Below are positions 15,269 through 23,656 of a stretch of DNA of 33,178 nt, in pieces. This stretch comes from a virus. Its lineage: Duplodnaviria; Caudoviricetes. The stretch spans positions 1 through 33,178 of IMG/VR virus record IMGVR_UViG_3300032335_000836; one strand, given 5' to 3'. Below the pieces are notes generated by a model, which worked only from the letters and a program-made list of their open reading frames with translations, searched no databases and was not told the DNA's origin. Each line of letters starts with the position of its first letter. Positions within the stretch are counted from its first letter, which is position 1. Both the position numbers and the translations under genes were made by a program.

Positions 15269-16273
15269 TTATCCGAATACCTGAACGGCAAGGACGATCT
15301 GGTCGTCCTCCCCGGTTGTCGTGACGGCTCCCCATTCCAGCCCCGTGGCTGTCGCGGAGTTGATCTTGAGGGCGTGCCCGTTAGTTCCGCCCACGGCGAG
15401 GCGTGCCGGTGTCGCGTTGCCCGTAGCGACGATGAGGTCGCCCTTGGCGGTAACTAGGGCATTGGCGACGGCGCCCACATCTGCCGCTGTAGGCAGGGCG
15501 TGGACGTGGTCTCGGCGGGCCACGTCTGAGGAGCTGCCAGCCGACGCCGTTGAGGCCAGGTTAGCCGGGGCCGTGGATGTCAGCGCCGCCGTGGAGATGG
15601 CCCCAACATTGGCGGCCGTAGGAAAGGGGTGAACGTGGTCCAGGCGGGCGACGCTTGTCGAGGAACCCGCAGCCGCACTAGAGCTCAGGGCAGCGGGGGC
15701 CGTGGCCGTGAGTGCAGTCGTCGCGATGGCGCCCACGTCAGCGGCCGTCGGCATGGCGTGGACGTGATCGCCACGGCTGACGCTATTGGCCGACCCAGCC
15801 GCCGATGTCCCGAGCGCAGCGGCAGAGCTGGAGAAGTTCGCCGCGATGGTGCGATCTGCGGACAGGTCGCCGCCACCTGTGAGGCCGTTGCCTGCGGTGA
15901 TCTGTCGCGACGTTGACGGGGCGCCGACATTGGCAGCGGACGGCATGGCGTGGACGTGGTCCTCGCGGCTTGCGCTTGTCGACACGCCAGCGGCAGCGGT
16001 GCCCAATGCCTGCGGATTGCTAGAGCCCAAGGTGGTCGTGTCGACGTCGGAGAACGTGGAGCCGTTGGACACCTGGACTCGGCCGGTGGTGCTGTTGTAG
16101 ACCACGCGCCCCGCCCACTTAGCGCCAGCGGACAGACCGGCGATCTGTGTGGACGTGTACGACGTGACCCCGGGGGAGGCGTCGACAGCGTCGGCGAGGG
16201 CTTGGATATCGCCCGGAACGTCGACATTGTCGGTCCCCGATGGGTAGGGGTAGCCCTTGGTCGTATTTGGCAT
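15269..16273 (-). CDS. Tail fibre with four RxDHVHxxPxAAxVGA repeats
   Basis: Follows the wedge genes. HVH codons at 15950, 15758, 15629 and 15500. Confidence 0.8.
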   Translation of the reverse strand: MPNTTKGYPYPSGTDNVDVPGDIQALADAVDASPGVTSYTSTQIAGLSAGAKWAGRVVYNSTTGRVQVSNGSTFSDVDTTTLGSSNPQALGTAAAGVSTSASREDHVHAMPSAANVGAPSTSRQITAGNGLTGGGDLSADRTIAANFSSSAAALGTSAAGSANSVSRGDHVHAMPTAADVGAIATTALTATAPAALSSSAAAGSSTSVARLDHVHPFPTAANVGAISTAALTSTAPANLASTASAGSSSDVARRDHVHALPTAADVGAVANALVTAKGDLIVATGNATPARLAVGGTNGHALKINSATATGLEWGAVTTTGEDDQIVLAVQVFG

Positions 16274-16285
16274 CGTGCGCCTCTC

Positions 16286-16921
16286 CTAGGGGGTAGGCGG
16301 GGTCCAGTCCCCGAGATCGTCGTAGTCAGTAAAGGCAGCCGCGAGCGCGGTGTAGGTGGCGTATGCGACGCCTAGCTCGGAGTAGGTCGCGCCCGTGGTT
16401 GTCTGGAGGTCGAGGTCCATGCCCGCGGGCTTCTCGGTGGTCGCTGCCGCTAGGGCCGTAATGGTGTTAGCCGTCTGTGAGATGAGCGTCACGACCGTGA
16501 TGAGGTAGGGGTCTGAGCCCGAAAGATTCCAGTAGACCCGGCAGGACTTGGAGCCGGTGAGCTCGCGCTGAGTGGCGCGGATGATGGCCCGCTTGGACCC
16601 GCGGCGCTGGAGGGTTGAGGACTCCGAGATCGCGGCGCGCTTGCCCGCGTCGGGGATGGCGTCGAGGTCAATGCCGACGAGCCATCCAAGCCACGCGAGC
16701 CATGTCCTCGGGGCCGCGTCAGGATTCGCCAGCTCGGCCGTGCCGGTGACTGAGGTGTCCGGGTCGCCGACGTCGGCGAGACGTAGGGCCGGTCCCATTG
16801 CGGAGGCGGTGGCCTTGCCGAGGAAGGTGGCGAGGGTGCCGGGGTCGTCGTCGCGGACGTAGTCGGGGAGGAGTCGGTAGACGTACTCCTCGACCTGGGC
16901 CTCGGTGCGCGGGGTGCCCAT
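16286..16921 (-). CDS. Baseplate wedge protein (P2 gpI-like)
   Basis: LLPDYVR...PDAAPRTWLAWLGWLVG...RRGS...KPAG. Follows baseplate J. Confidence 0.8.
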   Translation of the reverse strand: MGTPRTEAQVEEYVYRLLPDYVRDDDPGTLATFLGKATASAMGPALRLADVGDPDTSVTGTAELANPDAAPRTWLAWLGWLVGIDLDAIPDAGKRAAISESSTLQRRGSKRAIIRATQRELTGSKSCRVYWNLSGSDPYLITVVTLISQTANTITALAAATTEKPAGMDLDLQTTTGATYSELGVAYATYTALAAAFTDYDDLGDWTPPTP

Positions 16922-18027
16922 CAGGTGACCGTGATCGTGACGGTGCCTGCCTTGGCGAGACCCGCGGGCGTGGTGATCGTCGTCGTCCCGCTCGGGGTCA
17001 CGGTGCCGGAGCTGACGTAGTCGACGCCTGGGACATCCGAGAGGACGTCAATGATCTGTGTGTCAATGAGGGATGTATCCCACGGCCAGCGGTCGGTATT
17101 GACGTACGCGCGGACGGCGGCGACACAGGCGTCTCGGACGGCGTTAGTGTCATAGCCTGCGAGGGCGACCACGGTGGCGGCGATGTTGATGGTCGTTACG
17201 GTCGACTGAATTACGACCGGCGTCATCATTGCGGCGCCGCGCTCATTCATCTCGGCGGCGAGGGTCGTGCGGGTGCCTGACGCGACTTGGGCCTGATTGC
17301 CGTACACGGCGACGGTGACGTAGCCTAGGTCTGAGGAAGTGTTCGCGCCGCTGCCATCCCACAGGTCGTAGGCCTTGGCCCGCTTGACGGCGGGATTCTC
17401 CAGCGCGTAGGCCGTGAAGTGATCCGCGACCACGAGGGATGAGGTCACGCGCGCGAGTCGAGTCGAGGCGCGCTCAATGTAGGCGGCATCCGTCTCGGGG
17501 TCGGCGCCCCCGGTCAAGGTGCCAGACAGGGCCACCGAGACCGCAAAGGGGATGGAGTCAAGGACGTCTAGGGCGGCGCCTGAGGTGATGGCGTTGGGCT
17601 CGGTGCCGGGCTCGGTGGCGCGCACGGGGACCGACAGCGTCGCGCCGGTGCCGGTAGTGGTCGTGCTGACCTCTAGCTCAATGTCTGAGTCGGGCACCGC
17701 AAAGCGCAGGCCCGCGCTCACGGTGACCGTGCGCGAGGTGTCGAAAGTGATCACGGCCGTCCCGGTGGCGGCGGCGCCGGCGTAGCGGGCGACGTCGTAC
17801 AGGGCGAGGATGTCCTCCTCGATGCGGCCGGGGAGTCTGTTGAGGGCGTAGATCAGATCGGCGGCGCCAGTCGCAAAGGCTTCTAGGAGGACGGTCTCTA
17901 GGGCGCCATTACGGGCGTCCCACGTTGGGAGCGCGGCCTGGACTGTGGCGAGCATGGCGTCAAAGGTCGCCTGTGGGTCGCGGTCGTCCGGGGTCAGCTC
18001 TACACGGGAGAGGCCGAGGTCACTCAT
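16921..18027 (-). CDS. Baseplate J-like wedge protein
   Basis: AAATG...A.EPG...N...GGADPETDAAY..R motifs. Confidence 0.9.
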   Translation of the reverse strand: MSDLGLSRVELTPDDRDPQATFDAMLATVQAALPTWDARNGALETVLLEAFATGAADLIYALNRLPGRIEEDILALYDVARYAGAAATGTAVITFDTSRTVTVSAGLRFAVPDSDIELEVSTTTTGTGATLSVPVRATEPGTEPNAITSGAALDVLDSIPFAVSVALSGTLTGGADPETDAAYIERASTRLARVTSSLVVADHFTAYALENPAVKRAKAYDLWDGSGANTSSDLGYVTVAVYGNQAQVASGTRTTLAAEMNERGAAMMTPVVIQSTVTTINIAATVVALAGYDTNAVRDACVAAVRAYVNTDRWPWDTSLIDTQIIDVLSDVPGVDYVSSGTVTPSGTTTITTPAGLAKAGTVTITVT

Positions 18028-18330
18028 CTATGCCCTCCAGGCGGCGTCGATAACGATGTCTAGGTCGGTGCTGTCGCGGGGTGTCAGGGTGACGCCGGAG
18101 ACGACGATGTCGGGCTCGCACAGGTCAATCGCCGCGCGGACGTCTGCCTCATCTACGCCGTCGGCGAGCGGGTCGGCGAGACCCCAATCGGGCGCGAGAG
18201 GTCGCTCACCGATGCGGCAGGAGACGACGTGGCGCACGAGCTCTAGCGCGTGACGCTTGCCGCCTTGGGGGATGATGGCCGCGGCCCCTGCGGAGTCCAG
18301 CCGGAACGGGTGCGCCAAGGTCGCGCTCAT
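18028..18330 (-). CDS. gp25/gpW-like baseplate protein
   Basis: HPFRL...GERPLAPDWG...EP motif. Confidence 0.85.
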   Translation of the reverse strand: MSATLAHPFRLDSAGAAAIIPQGGKRHALELVRHVVSCRIGERPLAPDWGLADPLADGVDEADVRAAIDLCEPDIVVSGVTLTPRDSTDLDIVIDAAWRA

Positions 18331-18674
18331 GTGTTCGCTCCAGTCTCAATCCGGCCGAGGATCACCCAGTCGCCGGGGCCGACGGTGGCGATGAGGACGC
18401 GATCCCCGGTGGCGAATCTGTCCGCGACCGTGTCAACCTGGGCGAGGCTGTGGGTGTGGGTGGCGATGGCGTGGGTGTGCGCGGGGGTGCCGCCGCTGTC
18501 TGTGGGGCTTGTCCCACCGGCCGCCGTGGTGCGAGAGGCTCGCCGCATCTTGGGGCCGACGAAGTCCAGGGGGCCGACCTCGGAGGACCCGTACAGGTCG
18601 GGCATCTGGACATAAACGCCAGCGGACGTCGCGCGCGTCACGATGCCGCGCTGGAATCCTGAGCGGAGGCTCAT
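18327..18674 (-). CDS. Short baseplate spike (OB fold with internal HxH insert, XkdR/DUF2577-like)
   Basis: RGIVT...GDRVLI...WVILGRI with HTH...HTH insert. Lies between hub and gp25. Confidence 0.7.
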   Translation of the reverse strand: MSLRSGFQRGIVTRATSAGVYVQMPDLYGSSEVGPLDFVGPKMRRASRTTAAGGTSPTDSGGTPAHTHAIATHTHSLAQVDTVADRFATGDRVLIATVGPGDWVILGRIETGANT

Positions 18675-19525
18675 GTGCTGCCGCCCTTCTTAGATGGCTT
18701 GCGGGGCAAGGAGCAGGAGACGTCTGCGGGGGAGTAGTCGTCGTCTCGGTAGGACACGGAGTCGACGAGCCACAGGCCGGAGTAGCGGCCAGCGTCCTTG
18801 AGTTGGACGCGATGCCACGGCCGGAGCCGTCGCCCGTAGGCGTTGGGAAGCGACAGGTCAAGGGTGCCGCGGGTCTCGGTGTCGTCGTCGGACAGATTGA
18901 CCGACATCGCCAGGGCGTCGCTGCGGACGTCCGTTTTCCAAGTGACCGGCCACGTCGGCAGGCCAGGCCCGCCCGTCAGCGCCCAGTACGGGTCGCCGAA
19001 GTAGAAGGTGTCCCCGTGCTCGACCCATCCCCACTCCAGCTCCCCGGCGAGGTTGCCGATCACGTCGAGGACGCTCTGCCTGTCTTGCTTGCCGCCTTGG
19101 CCGATGGCGATGCGCTTGGACGACGGCTGGGCAATGGTGCGCCCGCCTGCTTCCTTGACGCGGCGAGTCACCCACTCGGTAGGGGAGACCTTGACCTCGG
19201 CGCCGATCTTGAATCGGGTCCGCAGATTCTTGGCAAGCTTGGAGCGACAGCGGTACGTCCAGGTGATCCCGGCGCCGTAGACGGCGTCTATGGAGCCGAC
19301 CTCCCACGAGCCCGCAGGGTCGTCGGTCATGGTGACCGTGGTCCCTAGGGCCGCGATAGGGCTGCCGTCTAGTCGTCCCGTGGGGTCCGCGGCTGTGATT
19401 GACAGCTCGGCGACCTGGCCCGTCCCGTAGTCGAGGCTAATGTCGGTGATGACGTCGGCAAGCTGGGCGGCGATCTTGCGCGTGGCGATTCGGATGACGT
19501 CTGCGCGGGGCTTGCGCTCAGGCAT
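18671..19525 (-). CDS. Baseplate hub (gpD/XkdQ-like)
   Basis: 284 aa. Synteny, LAGELEWGW...FYFG and YSGLWLVDSV. Confidence 0.75.
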   Translation of the reverse strand: MPERKPRADVIRIATRKIAAQLADVITDISLDYGTGQVAELSITAADPTGRLDGSPIAALGTTVTMTDDPAGSWEVGSIDAVYGAGITWTYRCRSKLAKNLRTRFKIGAEVKVSPTEWVTRRVKEAGGRTIAQPSSKRIAIGQGGKQDRQSVLDVIGNLAGELEWGWVEHGDTFYFGDPYWALTGGPGLPTWPVTWKTDVRSDALAMSVNLSDDDTETRGTLDLSLPNAYGRRLRPWHRVQLKDAGRYSGLWLVDSVSYRDDDYSPADVSCSLPRKPSKKGGST

Positions 19526-19701
19526 TAGGCGTCCGAGGGTGACTTAGGCAGACGGTCAGGGCGGCGCGAGCCGAGGCGCTGGGCGGCGCGGACCTGGGGC
19601 GAGCGACGCGCGGGGGACAGCGCCTCGTAGTCGGGCAGACCCGCGGGTGGTTCCGGCGCGGGCACGCCCTCCGGGCTTGGCTCATTGAAGGCGACACTCA
19701 T
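19525..19701 (-). CDS. 58-aa Pro-rich hypothetical protein
   Basis: ATGA and TAATG overlaps fill the gap exactly. Not in the ORF track. Confidence 0.6.
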   Translation of the reverse strand: MSVAFNEPSPEGVPAPEPPAGLPDYEALSPARRSPQVRAAQRLGSRRPDRLPKSPSDA

Positions 19702-20177
19702 CGCTTGGGCTTCTTCTTGATCGGGCCTACGGGGACGGCGGCATCGGACGAGGCGGTCATGGTCAGGGACACCTCGGCACTAGAGGGCTCGCCACTTGTG
19801 TCCCAGTCGAGCTCGGTGATGCCTAGGTCGGTGATGCGGTACGCCGACGAGCGGCTTGCCATCTTGACGGTGACGGGCTTCTTGGCGGTTGCCATTCTCC
19901 GTAGGGCCGCGAGTACTTGGCCGACGTTGCCGGGCTGCTCGGGGTTATTGGTAGCGACAATGCAACCGATCCGCAGCTCCGGCAGGGGATCGCCTGAGCG
20001 CACAAGAAGGGGCACGCGGCCGGGGCGATCCTGTGTCTCGTAGATGCCTGCGAGATTGGACGAGCCGATCTCATCGGGCCACCACGGCAGGACGACCTCG
20101 CCGATGGCTGGGGCGCTGATGCGGACCTGGCGCGCGACCTCTGAGGCGTAGCCGGGTACGCGGACGCTCACACTCAC
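19698..20177 (-). CDS. Tube-initiator/baseplate protein (gpU/XkdP N-domain-like)
   Basis: Directly after the tape measure. RPGRVPL...ITDLGI...AEVSLTM. Confidence 0.7.
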   Translation of the reverse strand: MSVSVRVPGYASEVARQVRISAPAIGEVVLPWWPDEIGSSNLAGIYETQDRPGRVPLLVRSGDPLPELRIGCIVATNNPEQPGNVGQVLAALRRMATAKKPVTVKMASRSSAYRITDLGITELDWDTSGEPSSAEVSLTMTASSDAAVPVGPIKKKPKR

Positions 20178-22612
20178 GACCGCTCCCGCTTGATGCGCTC
20201 ATGGCGTCGCAGCGCCCACAACACCTCGGACTGGACGTCGATCCCGCTGTCGGCCTTGATCTCGCCGATATTGATGACAGGGGCCCCCGCGCCCACGAGC
20301 GCAGGCTCGGAGCCACCGCTTGAGACGATGGGGGGCACGGGGGAATCTAGGAACGATGGCATAGAGCGGTCGGCGTGGTTGAGCGCGTACAGGCCGGAGT
20401 CGCCGAGCGCATTGCGGAGGGCAGCGGCAGCACCGGCGCGCAGGACGTACTCGCCTCGGGACGCCCAGATGGGCGCCAGGTCGGACGTCGGGCCGCCGTA
20501 GCCGCCACTAATCCACCCATCGGTGTAACCGCCATGTCGAGGGCCGTTGCCTTGGCCGGTCGTATTGCCGTAGGTGCCGCGCGAGTCATTGAATCGCAGA
20601 GTGATCTCCACTACGCGAGCGCGGACGGCGCGGTCAATCTGAGTCTCTAGGAGTCTCGCATTGCCACGGGCGCGCAGAAGGCCCGCGTCAAGATCGGGAT
20701 TTAGTTTCATCCCAGCGTCACTCGCGGCTGTACGGATGTCGTCGATGGCCCGCTTAGTGAACTTGGCCCGGTCGCCTGGGTCTTGAATTGCCGCGGCGGC
20801 GGTCGCCATGTCAGCGGCAACGGCGCTAGCCGTCGCGGCGCTGGGGTCTGCGATGAATGTCTCTAGTGAGGCCTGGTAGGCGGCGAGCGCCTGCTGTTCG
20901 CTGATCGTGGCTTGCAGTCCCTCTAGGCCGCGCGACAGGTTGTCGGTGGCGGTGGCGGCGTTCTGGTTAGCCGTCTTGAGTGCGGACGCGGCATAGGACG
21001 CCGACCACGCCTTGTCGCGGTACTCGCCGACCAGAGGATTGACCCTCCGCATGGCGGCCTCGACTGTGCCGGAGGTGTAGGCGACGTCCTCTAGGCCACC
21101 TTCCGCGATAGCGGTCGCGCGAGTGGCGGCGCGCCACGCTTCCTCGCCGCGCTGTACCTCGGAGCGTAGGCCCATGACGTTGCCCTCAAGGGTCGCGAGG
21201 AGCCCCTTCTGGGAGCCGACGCCAGCGCGGTTGACGGCCTCGGCCTTCTTGATGCGGAACGCCTCCCAAGCGTCGGCGCCGCCGATGACCGCGGCTGTGG
21301 CATCCTCGACCGAGATGCCCAGCGAGTCGAGCGTCTTCCAGTCATCCTCGCTGATGTCGCCGAGAAGCTGCTCGGCAATGCGAGCGACGCCCGCGCTGTT
21401 GAGTTTCCCTGTAACGCTGTCAATGTTGGAGGCGAACTCGTCCACGCGTGCAGACGCCTCGGCCTGTTCCATCAGGAAGTGAGTCAGCGCGACCGTGCCG
21501 AGGGCCAGAGCGGCACCAAAGGGGCCAGCCACGAAACTGCCCGCGGCGGCCATCTTCCCGCGCATGACGGTCGCCTCAATGCCTGCGGCCTTCATGCCCG
21601 TGATCATTACGGCGATACGCGGGCCAAGGGCAAGTGCCGCAGCGGCGAGGACGCCGATAGCGATAGCGACTCCTTTGATGGGACCGGGCAGGCTAGAGAA
21701 GAACTTTGCCGCAGGCTCGACGACGCGGAGCATCGCGGTTAGGGCGGGGACGAGCGTGCCGCCGATCTCCTCCTGGAGGTCGCCGAAGGCTTGCTGTGCG
21801 CGGGCCAGACCACCGGCAGCGGTCGCGCCAAAAGCCTCGCCCGTGCCACCCGCCTTAGACTCTAGGGCGGCCATGATCGTCTCTAGGTCCGCGCCTCGGT
21901 CACCTGTCGCGACGAAGTTGATCCCGAGCTCCTTGAGCGCGCGAGCGTTGCCCATAAACGCCTTGCCGATGGCCTCGGATGCCTCAACGACGTCGCGGCC
22001 CGTCAGGATGGCGAAGTCATTGACGAGGGGTAATAGCCCCTTGATGGCCGTCCCGGTGAGGTCGAAGCGCGCCAGGGTCGCGGCGGCAGCGGCGAGGAGG
22101 TCGTCGTCTGTCCCGGTGAGTGACTGCAACTCGGACGCGAGTGCGCGGATGGAGTCGATAGGGACGTCGCTGACGCCGCTGAACTTTTGGTAAGCCTGGA
22201 CGAGTTTCATCTGCGACTGCTCGGCCTGGGCAAACGCCTCGACGGCGCGCTTGCCGAACAGGGCCACGCCAGCTACGGTCGCCGCTGTAAAGAGGGGATT
22301 CTTCATCACCCCTTGGAGCTTCTTCCAAGCCGACTGCACGCGGGTCGCAGACTTGACGCCCTGCTTCTCCATCGTGCGGAGTTCGCGGCCGACCTCCTTG
22401 GCGCGATTCTTGATCGTGACGAGTTCGCGCTGGGTCTGCTGGTATTCCTTCTGGAGGCGGTCATAGTTGGAGGTGTCGCCCGTGCGCTCTGCTTCCTCGC
22501 GGGCCTTCTCCATCTCGGTCCGCAGCTTGCCGACTGTCTTATTGAGCGCCGTCGCTTGGCGGGAGAGCTCGTCCTGCAGAGTCATCTTTACGATGAGTTC
22601 TTCTTCTGCCAT
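20174..22612 (-). CDS. Tape measure protein
   Basis: 812 aa, Ala-rich and helical, GNARALKELGI, C-terminal GGPTSD...ASRGEYVL. GAGGAGGTGA RBS. Confidence 0.93.
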   Translation of the reverse strand: MAEEELIVKMTLQDELSRQATALNKTVGKLRTEMEKAREEAERTGDTSNYDRLQKEYQQTQRELVTIKNRAKEVGRELRTMEKQGVKSATRVQSAWKKLQGVMKNPLFTAATVAGVALFGKRAVEAFAQAEQSQMKLVQAYQKFSGVSDVPIDSIRALASELQSLTGTDDDLLAAAAATLARFDLTGTAIKGLLPLVNDFAILTGRDVVEASEAIGKAFMGNARALKELGINFVATGDRGADLETIMAALESKAGGTGEAFGATAAGGLARAQQAFGDLQEEIGGTLVPALTAMLRVVEPAAKFFSSLPGPIKGVAIAIGVLAAAALALGPRIAVMITGMKAAGIEATVMRGKMAAAGSFVAGPFGAALALGTVALTHFLMEQAEASARVDEFASNIDSVTGKLNSAGVARIAEQLLGDISEDDWKTLDSLGISVEDATAAVIGGADAWEAFRIKKAEAVNRAGVGSQKGLLATLEGNVMGLRSEVQRGEEAWRAATRATAIAEGGLEDVAYTSGTVEAAMRRVNPLVGEYRDKAWSASYAASALKTANQNAATATDNLSRGLEGLQATISEQQALAAYQASLETFIADPSAATASAVAADMATAAAAIQDPGDRAKFTKRAIDDIRTAASDAGMKLNPDLDAGLLRARGNARLLETQIDRAVRARVVEITLRFNDSRGTYGNTTGQGNGPRHGGYTDGWISGGYGGPTSDLAPIWASRGEYVLRAGAAAALRNALGDSGLYALNHADRSMPSFLDSPVPPIVSSGGSEPALVGAGAPVINIGEIKADSGIDVQSEVLWALRRHERIKRERS

Positions 22613-22631
22613 GACTGCTCACCTCCTCGCG

Positions 22632-23224
22632 TTAGGGCTTGCGCTGCTGCTCGTCTAGGTCCCGAGAGCGGGCCACGGTGAGGGCCACTATCAGGGGCAG
22701 ATCAGCCTCGGGTCGGTCTAGGACATCCCAGACCGAGCCGAGGCCACCCGCTGCGAATCTTTGAGCCGTGACGACGACGGGGTGTCGACTCAGCTCGGCG
22801 ACGTAGGGTCCTCGACGAGGACCTCGTCGTCCTTGCCGTAGCCCGCCTCCTCAAGAAGTCGGCTGGCGACGGTGGTGACGTAGCCGTCTGAGCCATAAAG
22901 GGCTCGGGCAGCGTCACGGGCCGACGTAGCGCCGACCCACTCCTGGAGCTGCTTGTCGCGGAACGTGAGGGGGTTGCCTTCATCGTCCGCGACAAGCGTG
23001 CCGTAGCGCCTAATCTCAAGGCAGCACAGCGCCAGGATGGAGGCGTCCGCGAGGCCCGCTTCCTTCTTATTCATCTCCGCACGCTTGAAGATTCCCGCAA
23101 CCTCGGAGCGGTCTGTCGGGACGCGATAGGTGATCGCGTACTGGACGACCTCAGGATGGGTGATCTCTACGGTGCGACGCTGACGGGATGCAATCTCCCG
23201 GCGAATCTCCTCCCCGATGCTCAT
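22632..23224 (-). CDS. Tail assembly chaperone, predicted -1 frameshift long form
   Basis: Start-less -1 frame ORF overlaps the chaperone 3' end and stops at 22632, just before the tape measure RBS. Confidence 0.65.
22790..23224 (-). CDS. Tail assembly chaperone (short form)
   Basis: Between tube and tape measure, 144 aa. Confidence 0.8.
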   Translation of the reverse strand: MSIGEEIRREIASRQRRTVEITHPEVVQYAITYRVPTDRSEVAGIFKRAEMNKKEAGLADASILALCCLEIRRYGTLVADDEGNPLTFRDKQLQEWVGATSARDAARALYGSDGYVTTVASRLLEEAGYGKDDEVLVEDPTSPS

Positions 23225-23227
23225 GGG

Positions 23228-23641
23228 TCAGCCCTTCCTAGGGACTGACCACACGACGGTCAGCTCGACGATCTCGTCGTCGGCGTTGGCGTCTGAGCCG
23301 GTGCGGGTGAAGGACTCCACAGCACATCCGGCGTAGGCGTCCGGCGTGCCCTGGGGCACCCCGTCGCTGTCCAGATCGGTAAAGGTAATCGTCGAATTGT
23401 TGTAGGCGTTGCCGCGGTTGAGCTCGGTCCACACCGTCTGATCGGAGTCCGGGTCCCACATCTTAGTGAGGGTGATGGACTCCCAGGTGAGGCGAGAGGT
23501 GATTACCTCCATGTTCTCGCCCGCGCCGCGACGGCGCATCTGGTTAGTGCGCGACGCCGACGGATCGGACGCCGTCATCCACACGCCAGGCATGGATGAG
23601 ACCGTGACCTTCCGGCGACTCTTGGAAACGTAGTTAGGCAT
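23228..23641 (-). CDS. Tail tube protein
   Basis: 137 aa after the sheath. ITLTK...ITFTDLDSDG...GC...DAN. AAGGAG RBS. Confidence 0.82.
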   Translation of the reverse strand: MPNYVSKSRRKVTVSSMPGVWMTASDPSASRTNQMRRRGAGENMEVITSRLTWESITLTKMWDPDSDQTVWTELNRGNAYNNSTITFTDLDSDGVPQGTPDAYAGCAVESFTRTGSDANADDEIVELTVVWSVPRKG

Positions 23642-23656
23642 GTTGTGTCAGTCTCC

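Noticed and set aside
13995-16273. Diversity-generating retroelement or invertible fibre cassette
   Set aside because: No reverse transcriptase, no near-identical TR/VR pair, and no oppositely oriented alternative fibre ends.
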